Below are positions 37,201 through 50,590 of a stretch of DNA of 50,590 bases, in pieces. Made by a program: the position numbers and the translations under genes. How positions within the stretch are numbered: position 1 is the stretch's first letter; the number at the start of each line of letters is the position of its first letter. A model generated the notes under the pieces. That model worked only from the letters and a program-made list of their open reading frames with translations. It was not told the DNA's origin and did no database searches. Source of the stretch: Catajapyx aquilonaris (lineage: Eukaryota); contig JYFJ02002802.1 of the NCBI GenBank assembly GCA_000934665.2, positions 1-50,590 on the forward strand. The letters are read 5' to 3'.

Positions 37201-40200
37201 CTCCCCCCCTCAGGGGGCTACATATTTCACTCAAATTTTCCACCGGCTCGTTGATGCGTGCAGGCCATCCAATAATAAAACCCTTGTTTATCATCTTGCA
37301 CATGTCATAAATAAATTGTGCGACAATAACATGCGAGTGTTGCGATAACACGTGTGTATGTGCGTGGTCGTAATCTAACAGTTGGTCGTATAGTAACCAA
37401 GTACTTGATGCGTGCAAATGTAATCGTATCCGGACTCACCGTCTAAATCACTGACCTCACCAGTCACCGAATCAATCGTCTGTCAATCAAGACCTTACGG
37501 AGTTCAAGGCCATCCCGTTCGTGGCATCAGTAATGAGCGCGCTAGACGCTCATTAAAAAAACCCTGCGCTTTCATATCAGCACTACGTGCTCTATCGCAT
37601 TTCCGTAGGTTTTGTGGGGGGGGGGGGGTGCCTTAGAGAGAGAGAAAACATATCTGTTCGTGCTGTAATTGGACGTGGTCAAGTGTCCCAATAAGCTGGG
37701 TGCCATTAGTGCGGCAGTGTTTACAACACGGTGCAGGTGTGGAGAGGAATTGTGTAGCGACAGGCACCTTTTCGCACCTTCCTCTAGAAGCAATAAGCGG
37801 AAGAGGGGCTGATGGGAAGGAAAAAGAAAAGAGATAGGCGCAAATGAGTTCCCAGCCTGGTCCTAGTGCCAACAAGACGTTTGGCAGTGGGGACAGGCCA
37901 AGATTGGAACTTTTTGGAAAGCCCTCCCCTCCTAAGGCGGAATGGGCATATCGCCAGGGCCTAACCGGAAAGGAGGTACTCTCTACCTACTTCCAAGCCC
38001 ACCGAATGAAAATCCGGGGGAAGCGAAAATCCCCACCCGAGCTAAAACCGTATTGCAGCGTTGGAGGAGAGAGAGAAGTAGGAGTCTAATCAAAATTCGC
38101 CTGAGAGATTGAGCTCTCCGCATTTACGACCAATTAACATCGCTGCCAGCTATGAAAACCCGGGCTCTTACCCTTCCGCAAGTCATATTCATAAGTCGAC
38201 GGGGGCTCCCTCTGACAGACGCCACCCGCAATGCGCACAGACGCCATGTTGGCCAGATGGCAGCCCCGAGTTGGATCGCTCGTATCCAGCAATTCCGACC
38301 GATTTTTCGACACATCCGTTACTTTAACTGTTGCATAGGGTGTTGCAGAATCTAATAAAGCAACAATTTCAAGCTGGAACATGTTAATTAATCCGCAATT
38401 GCCATTCGTGACTTAAACGCTATTTTCGAATCACTGTTTCTTGTTAGTTAACAGCCTATACGGCCTGATGCTCATTCTGGTTTATGACAACGTGCCCCAT
38501 CGGTGCTACAAGTCGGTGGCTGCTTAAATCAGTCCTCCGGTTCATTAATTTTTCATCCACGCCCCATAATGTCGACGTGGGGGTGGCTCTCTCTTTCTTT
38601 TTTTCGTTGCCACCAGCAACTCTTTTAAGAGTCTGCTGCTGGCGAGGGTTTAGTGTTCCACAATCCCTTCCTCTCGGAATGGGTAACGTATGGGCTCCCG
38701 GGGGACATCCATCTCCATCTTGTGGAAGGAGGGGGGCGGTGTTGCCGAATCCTCCGCGGTTACCCTTCCGCCGTAAAATTTGTCCACAGGGGGGTAAACC
38801 GGGAGTATTTACAGCCCCAAGGTTTAACCTCCATTAGCCCATTAGCGTCCTGGAGGAATGTCACCCCGATTCAAGCGATCCATTCCTAAGACTTTCCTCT
38901 GAAGGATGTTTACAGCAGGCGTCAAGCACTTCTGGAAAATGGGAGGTGGAGGGTTGCTAGGGTGGGGTGAAGGCAGCGGTCGAAGAGCCTGGATGCTGAC
39001 TCCGGCAGTCACGACTCAAAGACGAACCGTGGAGGGAGCGAGAAAAGATATATGGCAGTAGTGATTGCGATAGTATTCGCGTCCCGGCTGGAATGCGAAA
39101 GCATATCACTCCTCAATTGGCAACAAGTCGGAGAATCCGCCGGGGCTTATTTATAGAAGACTGATGTGCCATCATCAATCGCACATTTTTTGCCCTTCAA
39201 GAAGGCGGCAGATTGTCAAAAAAGAACTGCGAGTAAAATAGCAGTGAAAAGTAGCAGCGCTATATTTTGCACTTCCAACGCTTCTAAAAGTAGCAGTGAT
39301 TTTATCAACTCACACCGTAACGACAGACACAATACCAGTGACCCATATCACACCGGCAGCGAACAATACCGGTTATGTACCCTTACGAACCCTGAACAAG
39401 TGGCATTATTTGCTATATCCCGGTCTCACAGACAAACCGGATATGAATCCGGACTATCAAGACACAACAAAAACCGGCATCGCATACAGTAGCTGTCCTT
39501 GTATTGTGTTGCGGGGTACTGTTAGACGTACTTATTCCGTTCAAATGGGCAGTTGCGGAATAAATCGTGACAAGCTTTGTCAGTCAAGGTGCACACAAAA
39601 CGAGTCTGGCCACAACAATACGGTGCATGCAAATAACGCCTTAAAAAGCGCATACATATAAATGAAGGCCATGTTACTTTTTCTCTCCTCCGGTTTTAGA
39701 AACGGGCTTAATCGCAGCAGGCACCAACCTCGTCTGGAGCTCCAATCTGACAAGAAGGTGACACGACCCCGAAGCTCTTTCACATGCTAATGAAGCCGTT
39801 CTTCATCCCCGTGATGGCCGGCAGCAAGTTTTATAAAAATTCAACTCCCCCCCCCCCCCTAAAACCCAGCACAAAAANCCCCCCACTCTAAAACCCAGCA
39901 CAAAAACTGCTATATTGGGAGGGTGTCTGGCTGCCTGCCGGAGTCACCATACCATAGGGGTGGGGGGACAAACCCTATGTCCTTATCGGTTACTTTAAGA
40001 TCCCCCTCTCTTTTTTTTTAGCTTTTAGTCCCCTCTGGCGGCGGGCATCTGGATTTTCAGAAACGACCGGATAAGTATCTCCGCGATAAATTTTCGCCCG
40101 TTCCTTTTAGCTTATCTGGAGAGTTCTTCCTCACCCAACTTTTAATCCCTAGGGCCGAGCCTGGGAGTTTATGAGTAAACACATCTAAAGGAAGACTATT

Positions 40201-42952
40201 TCCGCAACTAGTAAAGTCTGAAAAGTTGTCGCCTCCCCTTTCCTCCTACTCTACGAAAAAAAAAAAAACTGACAACTTTCCGGGAGCTTAAAATATATCG
40301 GGATGATTACAGCCACTTTTCAAAATAAGAAGAGAGAGAGAGGGCTGGTGTATTTGCTCACATTGCGAAAACATACCTCGGCAGTCTGATGAGAAGCAGA
40401 TGAGCCGGTTGCCATGTGGGTATCCAGTCTGAAAGGATCAAAAAATAGACGTTTAATGCATTTTTTAAAAAAGGGTACGAACATACAGTTCACCAGAGCC
40501 GCTTATGAATGATAAGTGGTCGGCTACAGTACTTTAAATATTTTTACTGTAGAGCTCGTTTTATGTCGTTTAATATTTGAATGGTCCAGGAGTAGGAAAT
40601 ATGGTGGGTGCGTATAATTTTACATTGTGAAAGCGAAATTTAGCATATTTGACGTGCAAGGTAAGTCGAAAATTGAAAATCCAAATATATTGCATTTTTT
40701 ATTCAGACTATATCAGTTACATTAAATTAATGAGCTCAATTTTAACCACGTTTTATCGGACTTTTGACCCAGCCTGTACTTATACAAAATGCATAGAACA
40801 AATCGCACATGAAAAGCTCACCTGTCCATACCCCCCATTTACCAGGTCTTACAACTTACATTACCATTAAGCCCCATCTGAGTGCCTTCAATATCGGACC
40901 CACGAACTCAAACACGCCCCAATTATTCCATGGCAGCATCATGTGTACGCACCGGTACCCATACCTTCTAGTTCCTGCCCCCCCCCCCCTCTTCATGCCA
41001 ATCGTTACAAATGATACCATTATAATAGCGGTGCAGCCATGGAAATAATGATTTATCGAGAGAGAGCTGGTGGGGGTGGTACGCCTTACAAATGCATGAA
41101 CGCGAATGACTAATGTATCACGTGCAACTTTGTGCTCACAGTTACCCCCGTGAATGGATGGGGATCTTGCGGTGAGTGGAAATGAATACCAGATCGTGCC
41201 TCCTCCATTCTTATTGCAAGGTCTTTTCGTGGGTTGGATGGAACTTCGAAAAAGGAAAGAAAAGAAAATCCGGAACCGAGTGGCATAGAACCTCTCTCCA
41301 AAAAAAATAGTTCCCTCCTCCTCCACCACCACCACCCCCTCTCTCCTTCTTCTAGAATCGGAATTAATAACGGCAGCCAGAGTGAAAAATACAATTTCTG
41401 CCTTCATTTCTTCTGGGAGCCAGAATTTTCGATTTCCTCCTTAGGAGCCCGGGGAGGGGCCTCGCGGAATATCGAGGAAGAAGAAATGCAGTCTCGGGGC
41501 TTTGTCGAGAGGGTGTAAAGCCGCTTCGCGACTGAATTAGAATTTGGTTTTCCGAGGATTTTCTCCTGGACCGCTTTTTTTTCTTCGTTTCCTACCTTTT
41601 TCCCCTCCGATTTCTTATAGGGGGTGGGGAGGATCGAAGGCTCCCCAAAATATATGTGCAGGAAACAGTGGATCTGACAGTTGATTGGTTTTTCAGTAGT
41701 TGCACTATTTTGTAGCAGAAGTGAACAAATTGGGACAATTTTCCGGTCGGATTTATCAAAATGCGGAAACAAGGTGGCACAAAAGGCTCATTTTTTTCAG
41801 ATTTCATACTGGAACGTATAACTTGGAATGACTAAAATGGCTCAACATATACAGTTGGTAAGTGGTGACGCAGTACTGTACCTCATGCGCTGTACTGCAT
41901 CGCTTTTATAAAAACCTGTCAGCCTGTATGACAAAAAAATATCGATTCAGCCTGTACTAGCAGGAAACAATTTGTATTGCTAATTTTCCAGCTCTCACAT
42001 AGAAACACATCCTCCAATAAATAACCGACCAAGCATAACATATACTGACCTTAGAATTCTAACCAGTTCAGTCCGCAACGTTTTAATATTTGTCCCGCAT
42101 ATGCATGCATTTCAGCTTTTAACTCCGGCATAAACATGGACAGTCACTCTTTTTTTTGTCAACCCCCTGTGTTGGGCCACCCCCAAACTGTCTGGCAGAC
42201 CTCGAGAGGCCCCGTTCCTGTAGGCTGAACACAAGCGGCATGTTTTGCGTACTACTTGCCTCGCTAATGGATTAGTCGTGTCGGTTTTGCACATGAAACG
42301 TGGTTAAAAAAAAATCCGCATTCATCCCTCAAAAAAATTCCGATCAAAAGTCACAATATTGTCCACCCTGTCCCACGAACCGTGCCTTATCTTATCATAC
42401 GGTGTTATGCGGGTCCGGGTCCAGTGTGACAACTTTTAGGGAATGAGGCCAACATTCCGGTTCCTTTTTTTTACGGGACAAGAAGACCTGGTATACACAG
42501 TACCATACGACGCCTGTTTCACATCCTCTGACCTCTTCCCCTTCTGCCTTTGGTAAAATAAACAGAATCTCAGGGCATGTGTGGGAGGATAGGAATGTCG
42601 GCTCTGCTGCCAGACGTTTACATTAAGCATTCGTCACTGGTTTGGGGTGGGTACCCATTTTTGCAGGTACAGAGCTGAGTGTACGGTTTGTGTGACCCTG
42701 TCTTTTCTTTTTTCCGTAAGACGTGATTTCCTTACCTCAAGCCAAGACTTTCGACTTTGAAAGTCAACTTGCTTGGATATAATTAGCATAATGTAAATTA
42801 TTCCTGGCGCAAGGCCTCTGAAGAATTTAGAGCTGCCCAATAATGAGTGTCGCCCTTAGGCTCTTAGCCCACCAAAAATCGACAACCTGCCTTGTACGAG
42901 TTAATTCTTTACGTAAACTCGTAAAGGGTGACTAACTAGTCTGTGGCACGCA

Positions 42953-42995
42953 CCAAGAGATGGCGCTGATAGACATGGACCAAAAGGGGGCGCTG
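42953..42995 (+). promoter_or_regulatory. Tandem pair of CTCF-like motifs
   Basis: CCAAGAGATGGCGCTG (42953-42968) and CCAAAAGGGGGCGCTG (42980-42995) are co-oriented, with starts 27 bp apart. Confidence 0.45.
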
Positions 42996-43794
42996 TAGCC
43001 ACTTCCAAGGTCACACCAGGGCTTCAGAAACGTTGGTTTAACCGCCTGTAGAGAGTATTACGAATATATTCTGAGAAGCAACACCCGACTGGCACATCTC
43101 TCTCCATCTCTTCTCATAACTCACCTTCCTTGATCCTCACTCGCCGGAGAGGGCCCCATAATTCAAGCCAATTTGCACGTTGGGCAAATCCCCGGAAACA
43201 GTTAGAAGTTTGGGGGTGGAAAGAGGAGGGGAGGGAGATGTAGTGGTGCTGCAGTCGGTTTTGCGAAAGTCCAAAGGGACCTAACAAAGTTTAGCCTGTG
43301 TTCATATTTGGTAAGCAATTTTGCACATGTCAAGTTCATTTGTATGCGCAACACAGGCCTCGAAAAAAAGTGGACAGAATTTTTAGCTTTTCCGGAGAAA
43401 AAAAAAATGTCCAGTACTTTTGAACGACCATACACACAGAAAAAATAATAATAACGCAATCGAGGCTATCCTAGAAAACTCACGCATGTGTTTAATTATG
43501 AAACTTTGTAGCAGTGAATGCGATCATTTGCTATTCAGCTTTGTGACTCTGCACTTGTAACGATCCCCGCTAAGTTTCCCCGAGTGCTACAGCTTTTGTG
43601 GATATTTCGGGCGTTAGTTGTCGTCCGGAAGACAAACTCGGGCTGAAACTACATAATTTATTTTCCTCGCTCGCGAATTCTATTCCCGCACGCGGAGAGG
43701 GCCAAAAGAATATGTAATTCATGTACGCGAAACCCGGCCCAAAAGCTGGGGGGGAAACCAGTGGAAAAATACGCTCCATATACGACAAAAAAAA

Positions 43795-44012
43795 TCGCAA
43801 AATTGGTAAAATTCAGACGGAACAGTCCAAAAAAATTGAAATACTGCAGGGCATATCGATATATCACATTTCGATATTTTCACATTGTTTGCGATTAATA
43901 GCCAGCTACACAAAAAATTAAATTAAATTCGAGCGGATCAGCAAAATCAAAATACTGCACTGCATATCGATATGTCAAATTTCGATATTTTCGCAATATT
44001 TGCTGAGCTACA
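43795..44012. repeat. Diverged tandem duplication, core period 111 bp
   Basis: atactgcagggcatatcgatatatcacatttcgatattttcac (from 43841) aligns with atactgcactgcatatcgatatgtcaaatttcgatattttcgc (from 43952). The flanks also align loosely. Confidence 0.85.
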
Positions 44013-47000
44013 TATGAACTAGGTTGGTTGAACATTTGCACACATTTTGCAATAATTGCGAATTTCTGTGTCTATTGAAAGAGTCATCCAAAGAGGAAAA
44101 ATTCAAATAGCCTATCTCTCCTGCCTGGATGACATTCATTCTGTGTTCCCTTCGCTGACGTGGCTGGTGTCATGCAAAAGCGGGAACATGAGAGAGACTA
44201 GTCAGTTCACCCTCCAAAAAATAGACGACTCTAAAAAAAATGGAGTGCGAGTTGGTAGAGAGCCCGCCTGCTGTAATTGTAAATCTACAATAATTCTGCG
44301 CCAGAGTATGTCAACAACTAAACCCGCTTCTGCAAAGAGCCTGCTGTAGGGTTATTCCACACGTGTAATTAACCGGACAGAAAGCGCACTACACTGCGGG
44401 TTTATCTAATTTTTTTTAGCTGTTCCAAACCCCTCCCTGTATAGTCCCCAACCCACATAGTTCAACCCCCCCGTGCATGTTGAGGTTCACGAATATTCGA
44501 GGTCTGGCAAAATCGCATGTGAGAGCCCGAGATTTATACGCAGAGTGGCGGGGATTAATGAAAAATATAAGGATAAATAATGTGAAAATGCATCGGCTGT
44601 CCGGTACATTTTTTGGGGGAGCGAAAAACATAATGTACCGCAGAGTGTCGCGTTTCGACTAGGCTCGATCCATTTCGTATAATATTTAGTACGGACATAA
44701 CGTCAGCTAGGTTCAAATTGCGGTACATTGTAACGAGTCGTTTTGCTGGGCTACAAAAATATTGATGACCTGTTTACAATCAAAGTTATTAGCAAAAGTG
44801 AACCGAGGGGGGGTCAAAGTTTAATGAGGATACTAACGCGCCATCGGGGTGCAGGCTCGTAACAATGTTGTTTACATGTTTTTAATATCACTGCTTTATA
44901 ATTTCGGCAACCTGCGTAACTTCACCATCGGGTAGTAAAAGACCAAGAAGCTCATCTTGAGTCGGGTTTATACGACGTCTGCGGCGAATATACATCAAAT
45001 AGCATGCACTACAGGATGGCAGTCGAAATGCTGTCCCATCAGGTGCAATTCGCTTCTCAAGGCATCTGCACTATACCCAGCCTGGAGTAACTTTATGGTG
45101 CAAGTGGGTGTTTTAAATTTTATGACACGATGAAACTTCGCATCCATGTTTCTGCTTCTACATGGGGTCGATAATATCAGGGGGGGTTTTTTGGACGCGA
45201 TTTCAATTCCAGAATTTCTCCCGAAAAAAAAAAAACGGTAGGGTTGATGGATCATATGGTGCTGGATAGAAAAGAAGTGGCCATCAAGTTCTCTTCACGG
45301 GATTCTGCAAGTGGTGCTGGGGGGGTTTCGCAGAAAATGAGGCGGAAACGACGCCAGAAGTGGCGCCCTCTCCCATTCAAACCCATTTCTGCATCCGCAA
45401 TCTTGGGTGGAAGCTGAAGATGAAGGTGAAGAATTGGGAGAGAACTAGAATTTCTCTCTCTCTTTTTGCACTATATGTACTGGGAGTAGCTAGCAAACGT
45501 CCAATGCGCCTGAATCCAGCCGTGAAAACACTGAAAAGCTACAGCTGTCAGGGGATTAATCTTTCCAGCAATTTGCGTCCTTCAAAAGGCTGTAAGGTGG
45601 AATTAACGTGACAGGAGCCCTTCCGAAAGTGGCAACACACTTTTTCGTTATGGTATAGGTTGCGCCCATATCAAACCCAGAAGTGTTTTTACATATGTGT
45701 GGGGGGGCACACCATATTCCTCACGTCTTCATAATCCGGTGTGACACATATGCCGTGTCCGTTCCAAGAAAGTTCGCGTGTTTGAAGATTCCCAAGATCT
45801 TGAGACGTGGGCAATGTTTCAAAAAAATCTCGTGCCAAAAGGCACTTCTTGGGTTCCCCGATTTTTAGGAACTGCTTAAATTGTGTGTAGTCAGCGTTTT
45901 CCGCGTTTGTGAGATTGATGAGGTTAGTTATGTTCGTGAGTTGTGTGTTCAGGTTGGGTGACACTGGTATGCGCGTAATATTGAATGAGCGCGTCTAAAA
46001 CGGGGACTCTGCAAAAATTAAATACCTCAGCGGATTGTTTGTCAGTCATGAAATGGCGTAATGCAGTAATTAACACTAACTAGCGCAAGCGCTTATAAAA
46101 TAAATCGCGTTATGGAGACAGGTGCAGAATGCGTTAATTTGGAATTACATATCTTTCAAACTGTAAAAAAAAATAGTCTTCGATCCATACTTTTTCGAAA
46201 CTTAGCTTCCTAGGAAAAGGCCGTTGCCCTTTTGCGTGCATGTAATCATTAGGTCCAAGTGTAGAAGGTCTATAAAACCATTGCGCCATAACTTTACACA
46301 CAGAGGGGGGGTGCACCAAATGGCCTCATCTTTAGCCTGTAAAAATTTATTGAGGTGAGAGAACGATCGTAAGACGCGATATCTCGCGTCTCACAACAGA
46401 ACCATAACCAATACTCCAGATGAAGACGATATCGTTCTTACACCCCCCTATCCTAAATAATTTACCACTAGATACCTGTCAGCGCCATACTTTTTAAAAG
46501 CATATAAATGACACTCCAAACGCCTTCGAAGCATGTCCGTACTTAATGCTCACATGATCACATAATCAGGACTCCGGATTATATGGCGTCGCACCCTATC
46601 CGGAACACCTTAGAACAGGAAGAGTACCGGTTTGAACGTACCTGCTTCAAGACTGGTTTTTTCGGTCAAGGATGGGTTACCACTACAACCGCCATTTTTT
46701 TAAATTCACCCCATCTTGAATTTGGTTTTCTCCTCCCTCCAACCTTTTGTGATGCCCTGAAGTATTAGCGTCGTACAAGTCACGGTGATAATGCCAGTCA
46801 TCCTGAACGCGTGGTTTGCCAGACAAAGGATTCCCCGAGTTCAAAGTCCACTCTTTAAAACTCGCGTTAAACCTAATCGCACGACAGTCAGGAATGTGCT
46901 ATCGTGTTCCTGGCTGTATTAAGAAACATAAAAAAGTCACGTGCCGGTCAATCAGTCAGCTACTGGTATATAGACACGAAACTGGAAGTGTGTCAGCTGC

Positions 47001-48725
47001 ATGCATTTCTGATACCCCATGTAGAGGACATCTGGAAAGCGGATATACCAGCAGCTGTCTGTAAATGACTTTCTTTGTTTCTTTTGGTTGAAGACGATCT
47101 GTTTGCAAAACTTGAACAGGGAATCAACTCGGTCTTTAGAAATGGCTGCGATGAAACCTCCCCAGCGCCACCTTCCTCCCTCCATTATCTTTCAGATGGT
47201 TTCGTGAGGAAAACTGCTACTGTCGAACTTGTAAATTGGAGGGGAAAAACCTGCAGTGATTAGTTTAAGAGGAAAGTTTAGTAATTTAGATACCGGAGGA
47301 ACTGGGCGCGTTTTTTAGGTGCTAACTTTTTTTATGGAAAGACCAAAAAAATGAATTTTCAATTGGAAATTAGTTATCCAGCTAGCTAATATGTTACGTG
47401 CAGTGTTACGTGGCTCACAAATTTTTTTGACTCTGTTGGAGGTCGTAGATATATTTGTAGGCGTCCTCTTCGAGCTTGTCCCCTGTCAGCAAACAAGGCA
47501 ATAAAAACTGTCCGTAAACAATGTCATGTAGACATGGATCCGCTCCGAGGATCGACACCAGGACGCTTGACATACGGGCCTAATTGGAACCTTTAACTGC
47601 CGTTGACAAATCTTTGTGGGTGGATCCCTCTATCTCATCACGGTATCTTGCACGGGTGGGGCCATGGTTCAGGTCATGATGACCCTCAACCCAAGAAATA
47701 ATAGCCCGCCCTGGACGACCCGAAAAAAAAGCAACGGTCCGGACTCTGTAATGGTGCAGTTGAAATTAATTCCTCCCCTATTCATCACTGTCGTTGCCAA
47801 CTTAATGGCTGGAGCACAATTTGGCAAACCCACTGCGGATAGACTCCAATAGTTAGGCGGGCAAAAAGAGAGCAGACGGGAAGATGGCCTTTTCTAACGG
47901 TACAGGTGGAGCCAGAATAGACGTCTACTTTTTTTTTTTGGAGTGGACTGACAACACGAACAGTTTTCTGGGTCAAAATCGTGGATCGGAATGTCACATG
48001 GAGCATTTTAAAACGTAACTGGAGTGATGGATGTGGCGTGAACAGGATGCCGCCACACAGGTTCAAAAGACAACGACCAGTATGAACCAGAAGAATTTCT
48101 CACGAAACGACTGCCCCCAAAAATAAATCCGCTCATTTTAATTATTGCATAAAGACATGACATCGGCCATTTTTTTAGCTTTACGATTCCTCCCACCGCC
48201 CAAAATGCGCGCCCACCTTGTGCCATTTCTGGACGTATTTCCTGAGAGTAATGATTCTTGGGGGCATGCAATTACAACTTTTACAGCCCACCGCCGGCAT
48301 AAACCGGTCACGACAGCTTGACCCCAACAGACCCTGCAGTTTAACCCGAACCGACATTTTTTTTCTTCCAAAAAACGACATTGGTTGTCACCTGCAATAA
48401 CTTGCGACAACCCAATATTACCTCCCACCGTGTTACGCTCCTCAAGTGATTTATACATACATTTTACATGATCCGCAATAGCTACTGGATGCCCTGCTGA
48501 GGAGGCTTGCGTTTTTCAGCTCTTTGCACGTAAGCCTTTTTAGCGCACTTGGCGGCAACGCCCACTTTTGCTTGCGATGAAATACTACAACCCTCCTTTT
48601 TTCCTGGAAATGGCGCAGTTTTGCAAGCCAAGTGAATTCCGACAGTTGGTTTATACTTAGTAACATTGCGTTATATCATAATTTTTAGCGTCGAAAATGG
48701 GCTATACAACAATGTTTGCTGTCGC

Positions 48726-48798
<73 letters not shown>
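48726..48798. repeat. (AAT)n microsatellite, ~24 units
   Basis: Perfect trinucleotide run; it produces the poly-Tyr pseudo-ORF at 48685-48894. Confidence 0.99.
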
Positions 48799-49714
48799 GG
48801 GGCGACATTGATTAACCTTAGTAAAACAATCAGTTTTTGCATATTGATACCGTAAGATTAGGTCAGGGCAGTATTTTTTAGCCGATTTGTACAAAAGAGA
48901 TGCAATCTAGCGGGTTAGATAGAATTCCCCCAGCCGTGCGTGACTTCTGGTAATGAAACCTTCCCTTGTAAATTGATTTCCGATTGACCAATGCAGACTA
49001 CTTCCCACCCGTTCGCTGCTAATAAAACCGCAAATTTGGCTCTGTCCCCAGTATATATTCCGAGCTCAGAATATGACCCATGACCTTCCATGTACATGAA
49101 TCGGGTCTTGTCCTCATAATGGACACCCTAACCGCACCTTGAGCTAGGCACGAAATGAATCAGGGCGGCCATTTACCCTGGAAGAAGAAGAAGAAAAAAG
49201 CAGGTCTTAATCAAGGTGGCATCACTCCCTGGAGGACCCTCAGGGAACGCCTAATATCTTTCCGAGGTCACTCCACGGGGAGAGAAGCGAGAGGTCATCT
49301 GGCAGACGGGCTCCGATTAGAGGAAATTCCCTCGCAAAAGTGACAAATTGCATCGCGTGTAAGCAGGCGCTTCCGAGAAAAGAACGGGGTAAAAAATATA
49401 ACTTATAGAGGATGGGTAAGTTCGTAAAGAAAGTGTGCACAGGGTGGTCCAGGATCGATTGTAATAACAGTAAGTGCGTTTACACGAGGTTCAGTCACCT
49501 CGGGAAAAGTTCACACTTCCCATGTGGCATTGGGCGGTACACAACTAAAAGTTTCCTAATAAAATAAATAAATAAATAAATAAATACCTACTACTTTAAA
49601 CAGTTTGAAAAATAAGTCTACTAATTGAAATAAATATTACAAATATTACTTTAAATCAATAATAATGCATTAATTTAAAATAGCAATAAATGCGATATTT
49701 AAATAATAAATCAC

Positions 49715-49825
49715 ATTAATTCAAACACGAATAAAATAAGTCTAGTTTAAAAATTAATAAATAATATTAATTCAAACACGAATAAAATAAGTCTAATTAA
49801 AATTAATGTATTATATTAATTCAAA
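49715..49825. repeat. AT-rich ~50-bp tandem repeat, 2 copies plus a partial third
   Basis: ATTAATTCAAACACGAATAAAATAAGTCTA is exact at 49715-49744 and 49766-49795. ATTAATTCAAA recurs at 49815. Confidence 0.92.
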
Positions 49826-49977
49826 TTTAAAAGAATGTCATTTTAATGATAACTAAATGCTAATCGGAATAAATATTGAACAAAAAGTCAATTTATGCAT
49901 ATTTATATTGATATTGTGTATTTATGTATATTTATGTATAGGTCGATACCGTATAACAAAATACCAATTTGCATAAC

Positions 49978-50000
49978 AAATAAATAAATAAACAAACAAA

Positions 50001-50047
<47 letters not shown>

Positions 50048-50049
50048 AT
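49978..50049. repeat. (AAAT)n microsatellite
   Basis: Read directly, with two AAAC variants. A shorter (AAAT)n run lies at 49562-49586. Confidence 0.97.
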
Positions 50050-50590
50050 GGCCGGAAATTGGTATTAAACACAGTCTGTGCCACCTCCATGTCCCATAGT
50101 TCATACACCCCTGTCTATCCAACCAGTTTTTTTTTCCTCCCAACTAAAACCTCCAGACCTATTGTGATACCCTCCAGTTGAATAACAGGTAGTACTTCAT
50201 CCCTTCGGTATATACTGCATCCTCCCAGATCCCGGTCTGGCTGGTACAAGATACAAAGTATATAAGTTGCGGACCCGGCTTGTGACTGACCGGGGCATTC
50301 CAGGCAAAGAGTCGCAATAAGCCCCGGCTCTTCCCTCGGATTCCCCTGGAGTGCAAGCATGGAAACTGGTTTAATTAAAAGGATTGGCGGCCCTGGACGA
50401 CCTTATTCCGAGGGACTCGCCTCATTCGCACTCCGGGATGAACTTTGCGTCTAGAACCATGACTAAATTATACGACCCTCCGAGCCCCCTCCTCCCAACT
50501 TGATAATTTAAAACTGGGTTCTTAGCATCGCCCACGAAATAAACCGCAGCCACACCCCAAAAATAATCGGTATATTTACCTCTCTCTCTC

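Noticed and set aside
39859..39906. 19-bp direct repeat CTAAAACCCAGCACAAAAA
   Set aside because: It straddles an N (39878) beside a poly-C run, so it is probably a contig-join artefact. The other Ns (8375-8382, 12526, 17837, 30347) are also in or near G/C runs.
40856..41407. Longest ORF in the window (183 aa)
   Set aside because: Non-ATG start, low-complexity segments and no recognisable domain.
44056..44349. AYLSCLDDI, resembling the RT YxDD motif
   Set aside because: The motif is not intact and there is no supporting RT context.
48685..48894. Poly-tyrosine ORF
   Set aside because: It is the translation of the (AAT)n microsatellite.

Overview
This is non-coding genomic DNA from an animal, not a prokaryote or virus. 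The one firm landmark is a tandem pair of mir-87 microRNA hairpins on the minus strand (5112-5187 and 5253-5331). Both carry the mature 3p sequence GUGAGCAAAGUUUCAGGUGUGU and a CNNC processing motif at the expected distance. miR-87 is a protostome family, so the source is most likely a protostome invertebrate. The window opens with a 1.3-kb fold-back element (6-1314): ~500-bp near-perfect inverted arms, a 280-bp spacer and a flanking TGG(A) direct repeat, probably a non-autonomous DNA transposon. I could not support any protein-coding gene. The ORFs are short (183 aa or less), overlapping and unrecognisable. The remainder holds microsatellites, degenerate tandem repeats, several unassigned hairpins, CTCF-like and core-promoter-like motifs, and G/C homopolymers that sit at or near every N. 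I see no convincing evidence of a new biological system. The findings are leads, ranked accordingly. All alignments and folds were done by eye.
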